The notes under the pieces: generated by a model | The model's database searches: none | What the model was told of the DNA's origin: nothing | Seen by the model: only the letters and a program-made list of their open reading frames with translations | Program-made: the position numbers and the translations under genes | In this document: piece by piece, positions 38,801-48,900 of the stretch | Layout: every line of letters begins with the position of its first letter | Numbering within the stretch: the stretch's first letter is position 1 | Assembly (NCBI GenBank): GCA_000934665.2 | Contig: KZ538337.1 | Coordinates: 1 to 64,000, forward strand | Reading direction: 5' to 3' | Length of the DNA stretch: 64,000 nucleotides | Origin: Catajapyx aquilonaris | Lineage: Eukaryota

Positions 38801-41800
38801 CGCTAAAGCCCAAAACAAACAAAAATGCATGTAAGCAAGCTCATTTTGACACTCCGGGAGCCAATTACATAGACTCTTTTAAAATACTACCCATGAACAA
38901 AGCGTTGCTCCCAGTGACCAGCAGTTTTGATCTCAGGTCCCACTATACCTGCCGAATATCAAGCGCACTTCCAATACTTGTTGATTAAACCACCTGACTC
39001 TTTCGTAGCGATCATCAAATCTCGGTAATTAACTTGAGCAAAGATAAAAGACATGTTAGTTCGCTTTGCAGAACCCATGACGTTAATTCATGCAGCGTTT
39101 TCCATCCGATAAAACCTTCCGTCACGATGAATTTCACACCTCCGAAAGACATTCGAGCCTACTCGTCGGATTTAACTTTATTAAAATCTCAGACACTGCT
39201 TTCAAAAGATAGAGACGCAAGTAGAGGGGGGGGGATGGGTGGGAAGGAGGGAGGTTCAACCTTTCAAGGAAAGTCAATGCTCTTCTCATCATACTGTGCA
39301 AGTCTCTTCATCACACTATCACGACTCTTTAGTCATGCACGTTTTTTATCCCCTAACTCATGCCTCTATGCCTGATGTGCACTCTACTTAAGGACAGTAA
39401 TGAAACACCTTGCTCCCATTTTGATACTGCAATAGAACCACATGCTGGCAGATGAATCCCAGACATTCAAGTAGAAACGAAAAATATAGCCAATCAAACC
39501 AAATTGCACGTGCTAAAAAAAAATAGGTGGCATTGCATGTGACTACTGTACATACCAAGAAATGGTGCTCACCATAATTATCCCAAACTACATGGATATA
39601 CATAATATAAATCAACCCCATGCTGCCACATGACAAGATTTGGAATTCGGAGTATAATTTTTGGTATACTCTTTACTCACAATCGTTCGAGATGACGCAA
39701 ATTGCTAAAAACGGCAGGGCCTAACTTTTCAATCTCGTTGAAATGAAGGTACCTGAAATAGGTCAAGGCGATGTCATTGAGAGGCAGGGATACGAATTAC
39801 TTACAAGCGCTCTACGGAGGGCAAGTTAGAAAACGTTTCTGGTAAGAACTCCTCGAGACTGTTAAAGTGCAGGTACCTGCAAAGAAAAATCCATAAGTCA
39901 TCTGGGTGTAAAAATTAGGTTCAAACATTACAACACGATGTCCGGGAGGTCAAGTTGGCTTACCTCCCAGATTCTGAAACATACAAAATTCTCATTAAAT
40001 TACACGGGTTGTGCAAGTACTGGAAATAAAACCATTCATTTTGAAGTCAAATGAAAAAAAAAAGGATGTCATCATGCCTGGAAGCCATTTTTCCAAATTA
40101 GGAAATAGGAAAGGTTCGTGATTAAGGCTTCCGAACTCGTCCCACTATTATTATTTTTTACACTCGATGTAATTATATGTACATGTTATTTTCTGTTCCT
40201 TGTCACGTGCAAGAGACAAGTCATTCATTTCTAGGCCTCAAATCCTACTCAGCCTTGATTATAGACTGGGAGATACATACAGAGGGTTGATTAAGAAAAT
40301 TTATGGTCTTGTATAGAATGACCAGCTGTCAAATTCCAGTTCAGCCTGATCTTGTCAGTGTGCAGTTTATATCTCCATAAGTGAGACAAATAACGCCTTG
40401 TAATATTTATTGCCTGCAGTCACAATATCTGGCAGATTTGGTGGAGAGAGTGGAGGGAGAGAAAAAAAAATCGACCCACGTATAAAAACCTATAGCCAGG
40501 GGAGATATCCCCAAATGTGGCAATCCGGACGTAAATTTGCATTTTACCTCATTAAGATTTCAGGTGCATGTAACAGATACTAGGCTGCACTTGATTAGAG
40601 AATCAGTAGTGGCTCATTCATTTATATTCCGGTTGCTATTTGTCAATGTTTTCCGCTCGAGTGGGCGAAATGTGAAAAATAAACAAGTGAGTAGTCCTCA
40701 GAATCTATGGTATTACGTATTTTTTATCTTCTATTAAAATAATGTAGTTTGACAATAGAAACACAATTATTATACAGGGTCATCCAAAATACTTGTCAGA
40801 TTTCTGTTGCGATTTTTACGCACTAAACTACTTATTTTCAGAAGTTATTTTGAAATGGTTACTTTTACTGGTTATCAAAAATATTGTCTGCTAATCAGTA
40901 ACGGGTTGTGTTGATCCATCCTATGTAACACCTGCAAGGGGGTCTAGCCTGGGCAAAATGGGTTCTATTATTGACGTTTGATCCCAATCATATATTCATT
41001 GTACCGTAATTTTGAGCTTGGATAGGTTATTTAATTCGTTCTAATATTCCCAGCTTTGATAGCTAATAAAAGTAACTGCTTAATATTAAACAGTTCAGTG
41101 CAAAATATCGCAACGGCAATCAGACAAGTATTTTGTATCACCTTGTAAGAACATAATATTCATATCATTTTTATTAATTATTATTTTTAAGAGGTGAAAT
41201 GAGAGCATTATCTGAAATAATTGCCCACAATATCTGAAATGCAGAACGGACATTCCCAAGAGTGGAATGACTAAAACTGATGCGTACTACCACTTACATG
41301 ACACCCATCTGTTAAAAAGTATAGTTTTAAAAATAAATATAATGTGCGTAGACGAAATATTTGGAAGTCGCTGAGCCCTCTGCTGTTAAATTAAATAACA
41401 AATTAATTTATGCATACAAGCAGCAGTTTTCAAATTGAGGTTATTAGCACCCCTAAGGGTACGGGCAAGACAGTAATATCATGTTAAAAATGTTATTTTC
41501 ATTAATAATTTTTAACACTTTGAGGAGTAGCCTCTTCATGGAAGAGGTCCAAGAAATTTCCACCGATACGGATGCCATCTCGCTTGTCAGTTCTGATACA
41601 CACGGAATGAAATAAATTGAATGGACAATATTGACAATATTTTGCACTCTGCTTCTTGAGGGCATGTAGGATATACACGTATTTTGTACTCGACATAACC
41701 GTTAGGTGGGTAGCCAATAAAGAGCCGGAGAGATTATTTAAAAACTGCTGCTTAAAATAAGCTGGAGCTACTGCTAATATATCTAACGCACATGTGCGAT

Positions 41801-44800
41801 CAGAAGCCTTACACTTGACATAATGATGTCATATAACCAGTTCTCTTGAACATTATTGTTGTGATAGGCTGCCGAAAAGTGAACCATTTCTTTGAGTCCA
41901 AGTAATAACTAGAGACCGGGTTTTTAGGTAAATATGCTGTTTGATGTTCCACTGATTACGATGAAGAAACCAATATAATCCATCCGTTTAATAAGTTCTG
42001 GACCCAAATGATCCAGGTTTTATGGGCCCCCAAAATACTTACATCGGGGATTTCGATCTTATTTTGCCTTTTCTCACTTTTGGACTTAATCAGATATTTT
42101 CGGGCTTTTTCGGGGGGGGGNNNNNNNNNNNNNNNNNNNNNNNNNNNNNNNNNNNNNNNNNNNNNNNNNNNNNNNNNNNNNNNNNNNNNNNNNNNNNNNN
42201 NNNNNNNNNNNNNNNNNNNNNNNNNNNNNNNNNNNNNNNNNNNNNNNNNNNGGGATTAGCCATCACCCATGAAAAAACAATTACTTGTTATATAATTTGT
42301 AAGAAGACCTCATCCAGTACGTCTGTAGAATCTACAGACCGTGTTAGTCAGGACGGTATTTTAAAAGACATTTACGGTACAACATTTCGTGATATTTAGA
42401 GCCTAAAAGCCCGGTCAATAGTAATAACTAACTACATAATGTAGTTTACTACATGGTATTGAAAGCATGCACTGTTACAGTAAAGAATCACCTACGTAAG
42501 ATGTGTATGGTGATGGGACACATTTCAGAGCCCCTATCTATTATAATATTGTACGAACATCGTCGTCAGAAGCACACGATGTAAAATAATAATTAGCACA
42601 CAATTTTTTTTAAAAAAAAGAACAGAATTTTACTTACAGCTGCTCCAGTTTTCCAAGTCCTTGAAAGACCTTACTTTCAATCTCACGAATTCGATTTTTG
42701 TAGAGATACCTGCAAAATAACGAGAATGAGCCCAGTGTTGTGAAACATAATATTATGAACGATTTTTTATTTTATTTTATTTTTTGCATAAAAGGAGCGG
42801 AGCGGTAATAAATATTTAAACCCTGAGTACGGGGGTATTCAACTTGAAGGCAATCCAGAGAGAGAATTTCCATCAGCTGATTAGATTTGACTATGCACGG
42901 CTCATTTCGATCTAATACTAGCACATCTGTGTAGAGCGGATGGGAAGTCTATTCGAAAAGAAAGGCTAAATTCTCTCTAACTCCACAGAATGCTTTTAAT
43001 CTCCCCTTTTTAATCTCCTCAAGAGCATATAACACTGGTCAACATCCACAAATTTTGAATAATCATATTGTGCTGAATAAATGAGAGTTAAATGCATAAT
43101 TTAGTTTCAACGCAACATATAGTGTTTCCTAATAGATATTTAAAATATAATTGAAAATTAAGTAAATTATGTCAATATTTTTCTTAGTCATTTTTACATT
43201 ACATGTAGTAACAGTAATTGATAAACTCGGTTTTTTAAAAAAAGGTTAAAATTCGTTGCCCAGTGTAATTTATAGCTCACGACCTGTGTTTCCTGGTTGT
43301 CTCCTAATACGACGCTTCAAGTCCGGATTTTTAATCTCTTCGTCATGTAGATTTTGTCGCGAAAACACACCCAACTTTCTGACACTTGTTCCTGCCCTGC
43401 TGCGGTGCTTGCGAAATGAGTTGTGGAGCACTTTCGGCTAAAGGTCGCATAATCAACCACGTCGTTTTGTTCAGAGGGGCAAAATTTAGGAACGTCGCAG
43501 CGTATCGGGTCATTCACCTAAGGGAGAAAAAAATATTGTCCTTTCTGACATGGTAATTCATGTCCTGACTTTGAGACAGGAATTCATTACATCTGATTCC
43601 ATTTTGGAGTAGACATGACGCAAATTTCCTCCGTATCCGCGATTTATAAAATATTAAAATTATAATACTAAAATGAAATATTAAATCGAAATAATAAAAT
43701 TAAACAATCCATTTGTATTACTGTACAGTACTGTATTGTTACGACTATTTTATTTTATTAATTATTTTTGATGTATTAATGTGCAGACTGTAATTATTTA
43801 AAAATAGTACCATTCGAATCTCTATATGCTTTTTTTTTAAATTTCATTTATTTAAGACAGTATTTCCGACTGCTAAGTTAGGATCCGAGACATTCCCGTC
43901 TTCCAAGACGGAACATGAATATTGAATTACAACATTGTTTTTGAGGTCGCTTCCAACATCACTCATCGCTCATTACTCCTCATGATTAACTACGCGCTCA
44001 GCTCGATAAATTGCCCGTTTTGCATCGTGATATTTTACTTCGCAGGTCTGGGCTCGCGTTTTTGTTTATTCAACCCATGCCTTTTCGCGTGGTGTGTGAT
44101 GTGTGTGCGTGTGCTGCGGGGGAGTGATATATACACTCATTAGTTAAACTCCTCACGTGTTTTGCAAATAAGATGCGGGACTCAGGAGAGAGAGAGAAAA
44201 AAAAACCCTGTGAAATTCGGATGTGCCAATTGTTTTATCACCCCCCTCATCCCTATAATGTCTTATTCGGACTAAAAATGCCTGCCTAAATGGGGGATAT
44301 ACCCTGTGTAATTGCACAATTTGGCGCGGAAATGACGGCTGGGGTAGAGTGTTATTAAAAATCTCCTCCACCTTCTTTCTCAGGCAAGGGTTATTAGGTG
44401 CGCACGTTTTCCATCACAGCCTATGGCCAAATAAGGACGGACATACGGCAACTGATTACGAATGACACGCAGCCTACTTTCCTTTTTATTGTTATTTTTT
44501 TTTACTGATGTCTTAGCTCCACAACACTGCAAAACAAGCTGTTTGCTCTGTATTTCAGTAGGTCATTATCAACTCTCATTTTTTAAAAGTGATAATTACT
44601 CCAAATTCAAATTTAGATATCACCTGTTCACCTGTAGGGTATTCAGTTGCCGTTGCATCTTGTCACCAACCGCGAGGTCTTTTCCTGCCCATTGGCACAT
44701 AAGAGACACTAGCTCGTACTGATCGATTTTCTACCCTCGATGTTCTCCCGGGTGAATAAGCCAATCACCCAACTGAATTCAAATTGTTGGCCCCGCCTGA

Positions 44801-45342
44801 GCCCACCCTATCAGGTGATTGACTGTGATTCAAGCAGCCTGTGCACTACCACCTGCGATTGGTTCATTCAGACGGATTCATCCCTTTTACGTTCAGTGCA
44901 GTTATTGTTGACTCAACAAGTAACAGTATCATGATTACTCGTTACATGAATTTTACGGGGTGTGCCTCTGCCCAGGTTGACATAGCCAGGGGTGACTCAT
45001 CGATCAACTCATCCTCCCGCCTGCTCTCTGCGGATTGTCAACTTGGGAAGAGAAACACTCGATAGAATGACAATGTGAAAGTGTACTCACAGGTAGCGAA
45101 GTTCTCGCAGTCCATTGAACACACCATTCTTCAACTTGGTCAGGTGATTGTTGTTCAGCAACCTGCGTGACGGGAAGTTCAAAGTGACGAGTCCATGACC
45201 ACATTTTACGGGAATCGTGCGACACAATTTAAGTGTGTCACAATTATTTATGAACCACCATATTACTTACAATGTGTTGAGATTCTTCAAGTCTTTGAAG
45301 CTGTTAGCTGGGATGTCCCGAATCTTGTTGAATCGGAGGTCA
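26730..45342 (-). CDS. Pxn: Peroxidasin (multi-exon; 5' exon(s) not found in window)
   Basis: 17 phase-compatible exons (4402 nt if both duplicated LRR exons are used): LRRs, LRRCT, 4 Ig, peroxidase with QWGQFLDHD (distal His), LTAFIDAS (Ca loop), GDIRSNEQ (distal Arg/Glu), LRFGH (proximal His), then coiled coil and vWC. Confidence 0.97.
26890..27380 (-). CDS. Pxn: Peroxidasin exon (linker, coiled coil, vWC start)
   Basis: [58 protein letters not shown]; phase 1 to 0. Confidence 0.9.
27454..27783 (-). CDS. Pxn: Peroxidasin exon (peroxidase C-terminus)
   Basis: [33 protein letters not shown]; phase 1 to 1. Confidence 0.95.
27861..28743 (-). CDS. Pxn: Peroxidasin exon (peroxidase core)
   Basis: [52 protein letters not shown]. 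Confidence 0.95.
28799..29703 (-). CDS. Pxn: Peroxidasin exon (peroxidase N-terminal part)
   Basis: [51 protein letters not shown]. Confidence 0.95.
29772..30317 (-). CDS. Pxn: Peroxidasin exon (Ig3-Ig4)
   Basis: [48 protein letters not shown]; phase 1 to 1. Confidence 0.95.
30541..30661 (-). CDS. Pxn: Peroxidasin exon (Ig2 second half)
   Basis: [29 protein letters not shown]; tttcag acceptor, gtaagt donor. Confidence 0.9.
30731..30879 (-). CDS. Pxn: Peroxidasin exon (Ig2 first half)
   Basis: [31 protein letters not shown]; cag acceptor, gtaag donor. Confidence 0.9.
30957..31193. mobile_element. Degenerate palindromic MITE in a peroxidasin intron
   Basis: TTAAAGGCATCTCTCACC..TTATCTGAATCCCACC vs GGTGGGATTCAGATAA..GGTGGGAGGTGCCTTTTAA. 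Confidence 0.6.
31270..31410 (-). mobile_element. tRNA-headed SINE fragment (same family as 45470-45624)
   Basis: Minus strand CACAGCCTTCCACCTCTGAGGTCCCGCATTCGATCC is nearly identical to the head of the 45.5-kb copy. Confidence 0.65.
32203..32372 (-). CDS. Pxn: Peroxidasin exon (Ig1 second half)
   Basis: [43 protein letters not shown]; cag/gtgag; phase 2 to 1. Confidence 0.92.
34313..34680. mobile_element. Tc1/mariner-type MITE
   Basis: TA-CAGGGTGTTTTGTAATGAT / ATCCTTACAGAACACCCTG-TA; internal GGGGTGAGATTGTGCCAG repeats. Confidence 0.75.
34886..35003 (-). CDS. Pxn: Peroxidasin exon (Ig1 first half), GC donor
   Basis: [38 protein letters not shown]; donor AG|GCGAGT gives the required phase 2. 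Confidence 0.88.
35828..35991 (-). CDS. Pxn: Peroxidasin exon (LRRCT)
   Basis: [29 protein letters not shown]; tag/gtgag. Confidence 0.92.
36189..36260 (-). CDS. Pxn: Peroxidasin LRR exon (72 nt)
   Basis: [24 protein letters not shown]; cag/gtaagt; phase 2-2. Confidence 0.92.
37562..37633 (-). mobile_element. tRNA-like SINE head or tRNA pseudogene
   Basis: GTTCTCATAGCTCAGCTGGAAGAGC..CCAGGTTCGAATCCTGGTGAGGGCA: acceptor, D and T arms pair, but the anticodon arm is defective (6-nt loop TTATAA) and there is no immediate poly-T. Confidence 0.65.
39681..39752 (-). CDS. Pxn: Peroxidasin LRR4 exon, copy B (72 nt)
   Basis: [24 protein letters not shown]; tttcag/gtgagt; phase 2-2. Confidence 0.88.
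39805..39876 (-). CDS. Pxn: Peroxidasin LRR4 exon, copy A (72 nt)
   Basis: [24 protein letters not shown]; tttgcag/gtaagt; phase 2-2. Confidence 0.88.
40775..41145. mobile_element. Tc1/mariner-type MITE
   Basis: TA-CAGGGTCATCCAAAATACTTGTC.GATT..GTTGCGAT / ATCGCAAC..AATC.GACAAGTATTTTGTATCACCTTG-TA. Confidence 0.7.
42638..42709 (-). CDS. Pxn: Peroxidasin LRR exon (72 nt)
   Basis: [24 protein letters not shown]; tttgcag/gtaagt. Confidence 0.92.
45091..45162 (-). CDS. Pxn: Peroxidasin LRR exon (72 nt)
   Basis: [24 protein letters not shown]; cag/gtgagt. Confidence 0.92.
45271..45342 (-). CDS. Pxn: Peroxidasin first LRR exon (72 nt)
   Basis: [24 protein letters not shown]; tttgcag/gtaagt. Confidence 0.92.
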
Positions 45343-45469
45343 CTGCAAATATAGAAAAAAATAAATTGTTAGAATCATCACATTAATGGTCGTTAGAGTG
45401 TTATTTTAACTGCTTGGTTTTATTTTAATAATCAACCGTCTTTATTCGTTGCCTGTCTTGTGAATTGTG

Positions 45470-45624
45470 ATGGATTTTGATTGTGGGAGGAAACGAGAGA
45501 ACCCACGCAAACACGGGAGAGAATCCATCGAAACATTTCCACATAAGTATCCTCTGTCCGACCCGGAGATCGAACTCGGGACCTCATAGGTGGAAGGCTG
45601 TGGCGATAAGCACTACATCACCCG
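45470..45624 (-). mobile_element. tRNA-headed SINE with V-domain-like core
   Basis: Degenerate A box TGATGTAGTG, B box GAGTTCGATC, then TTCTCTCCCGTGTTTGCGTGGGTT..GTTTCCTCCCACA. Confidence 0.7.
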
Positions 45625-45700
45625 TTTTATTTTAACAATGAAAAGAATGTCAAGTAACAGGCAGCACGTTATCAAGAATTTGTCCGGCGGCCGCGGCCGT

Positions 45701-45972
45701 ATGGAATAAAATATCTCCTCAATTTATTACATATTTTTCTGGTTTTATTTTTGTAAACTATACCTCCGATATACACTACTAGGTACACCTCAGGACATGT
45801 TTTTCCTTTTCCTTTTCCAACTATTACTTCCAATGAAAAAAAATTAAAACACATTACACCATGTAATTGTTCATAAGACGATTGGAATAAAATATCTCCT
45901 CAAATATTACATATTTTTCTGCTTTTATTTTTGTAAACTATACCTCTGATATACACCTCGGGACACGTTTTT
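45701..45972 (+). repeat. Local direct duplication (~90-100-bp units, ~180 bp apart)
   Basis: TGGAATAAAATATCTCCTCAA..ATTACATATTTTTCTG..TTTTGTAAACTATACCTC.GATATACAC at ~45701 and ~45883. Confidence 0.8.
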
Positions 45973-48900
45973 AATTGCCTGAGTATATTTGTATACACGG
46001 CAATTATGAGCACTTTTATGGCAAAATCCTCGCTCCCAGCCATGTCCGAATGGGACAAATTCCTGGTAACGAACCATAGCATAATCAGGAGTCTGTAATC
46101 AAATATTCATTTTGAAAAACCTCACTCCACACACTGTCTTCCCACGAAACAACAACTGCTGCAGATTATACGATAACACTGAGAGTTTGCAAAAATTAAA
46201 AATAAATTTCGCTCAGCCTAGTCCAACCAGCACCAAATGCGGAATATATGGAACCATCACCCCTAAAACCACTCGCCATTTTTTTTGTGTGTGTGTCCTT
46301 CTGGCAATGTGTCAGAGCGGCAGTTTGAAGAGGCGCCAGCAGAAGGACTGGTTGAGAAAAAAAGGAAAAAGAAAAAAAAACAGAACTAAGGAGGTCAAGA
46401 ACAGTTGGCCATGAATTTATGCGACAGTGCGTGTCTTGTACTTGAAGTGAACAAATTGGCTCCGTGCGCCTCCCCCGTCGAGAAGAAGGAAGTGCAGAGT
46501 TTCATAAACGTCACTTCATTCTCAAGATGACTCCAAATGTTCCATCGTCATCGTGTCTTTTTTTTGAGGGGAGGAGGTCTAGATGATGGGGAGGTCGTTA
46601 ATTTTTTTTAAAGATTCTGCTCCTCCTCCCACGGTCTCATGATCGAGCTTAGAGACAGTTGAACAACATGACAAGTGAGAGTTGTGGCCAAAGTCAACAC
46701 CACACGTGATGAAGCGACAACAAGCTGGAGTCGATGGTTGTTGGGGTATGGAAAAAAATATATACGGGACACCCCCCCCCCCCAAAAAAAAATACATATT
46801 CAGTTTTGTTTATCACAACTTGGGAGGACTAGACCAAGTGATAACAAATCCCACACGGAGTGGCTGTGACTCATAAATTAATTTGTAGGAGCCCACAAAA
46901 ATGCAGCACACCCACCATGTTATGATCTAACCCTGTCAACGACCCTGTGGTGGAGTAACCCATAAAGAAACGTAAGCCTACGTAATCACAGGGCAGCTAA
47001 TGCAGTGCGGTCGCGTAATAAACCGTGACAAATCAGCCCCGACTCGTAATTGTCTGCCAATGCAAAGATTTAGACTGAAATATTGTTTTCGAGGTTAGAA
47101 GTCTTTGACATGCGACCTACGCAGCATCAGTCACGCTGAAAATTAAAAACTATTTGCTCAGCATGGTGGCCGTTGTGTCTGGAAATTATGGTCCCAGGGG
47201 CTTCGAACCTACACCCTCAAATACAGGGTGTGTCTTCCTCTCACACAGTCAGTATTCTTTGCTATATTTAAAAAATAATAATTACTCGAGTTAATTACGG
47301 CAATTTCTTTTTGGAATTTCTCAATGAATGTACAGGCTCAATGAATGTACCATTGAACTGGAGACACATAATTTACTCTAGACAGTTGAATCTAGAACAG
47401 CCCAATCGAAAGGGCACCAAACTGAGCCTTAGTGCTAAATATGCAAGCCTTTTAGGCGCCAGAGAATTTTTATTTGGGCAATGTTGTCGATATATCTTAA
47501 AGTGGGTCAAAACAGCAATAAAATAAGCTGGCCCTTAATCTCCGGTAAATATTACACATTCGGCTTAAGTGTCAACAATTCCGCCCACGTATAACCATTT
47601 CCAGGCGAACAATTTGCTGTATCAGTCTGGTAGGCGCCTATTTCGGATCCTAAATAGCCACAGGTTCGATGACTTTTCTGTTAAGCAGTACTTAAGTTTT
47701 TTTTTCCTGCACATATAAAGTGATTCTGGTATCTTTTCTTTTTCTCAACCAAAAAATCCTGTATATGTGAGTCAGAAACCTTTTCCACTCAACACCTCAA
47801 TTGCGATCCTATCACCCAGTCACCTTACGTATTTATTACCGTCTACCCCCCACAGTCGAGTGTGATATGTGTAGCAACAGACTGTTTAGCACCCTGATCC
47901 TCCGTATCTAACTCTCCCGTTCCAAATGCAAAAGGAAATGAAAAAGTCACCGAAGCATCCCGTCCCATAAAAGATGCTCCTCCCCTTATCTGTCAATACC
48001 ATCTTAGCCACCCTAATTGAATTTACCCCGGGTACGGCCCAACCCTTGCATCACTCCACCTTGTTAGATTACACCCCCCTTGTAATTACATACAAGCTGG
48101 AGAGAGGGGGGGGGGGAGGGGAGGTAAAAAAGATCAACTATCAGTCTCCAATTTAGCCTCGATTAGGCCGCACGTATTTAACTGTAGTCTCTCTCCAGTC
48201 CCCCCTGCACTTGAGTTTGGCTGGTGTTGGTTGTTTCTGGGGCGTTGCCATGCAAAAGTGGACGTGGGTAGATGGACTTGTATCAGTTGTGTACGGAGGT
48301 GATGAAGGATTCGTTTTTTTCAGTCTTTTTTTATAGGGGAGACTGGAGAGAATGGGCGGTCAGACTTTCAAGCCCTTCCGTCCGAGGTTATGCAACTGGC
48401 CTCCAATTAACGGAGCAAACGCCCCTAGCGTCTCAGTAGGATTATTCAAGTGGATTTTTTTTTTGAACCCTGAGGATCTGGGTGTGCGATTTAATCGAGG
48501 TGTAATTCACTGATGTTTAAATTTTTTTTCAATACTGCGACTGATAGTGGGGAATAATAATAAAGCGGAATGAGAGCTGATAAAATTGATTTCGTAGAAT
48601 TTGGTACCAACTATATAGACTGTTTTTAAAAACATGGCAACATTGGATACGTAATGTATTAATTATATCACGTTCACCTCTAAAATTCAATTCAGCGTTG
48701 TTTTGTTACAATTTCATTATAGGTACTTGTAATATATCATTACTTGGGAATATCCACAATTGTAATCATGCTGTGAATCAGAGGTGGTGTATAATATGCA
48801 AGAGCATGACTATGGCGCTCAAAAGGGTATCATGGTATAGCATTTTTGTGTCGAATTAAATTTATTATGGTATGAAAATGCCGGCGAGGTATAAAATTTT

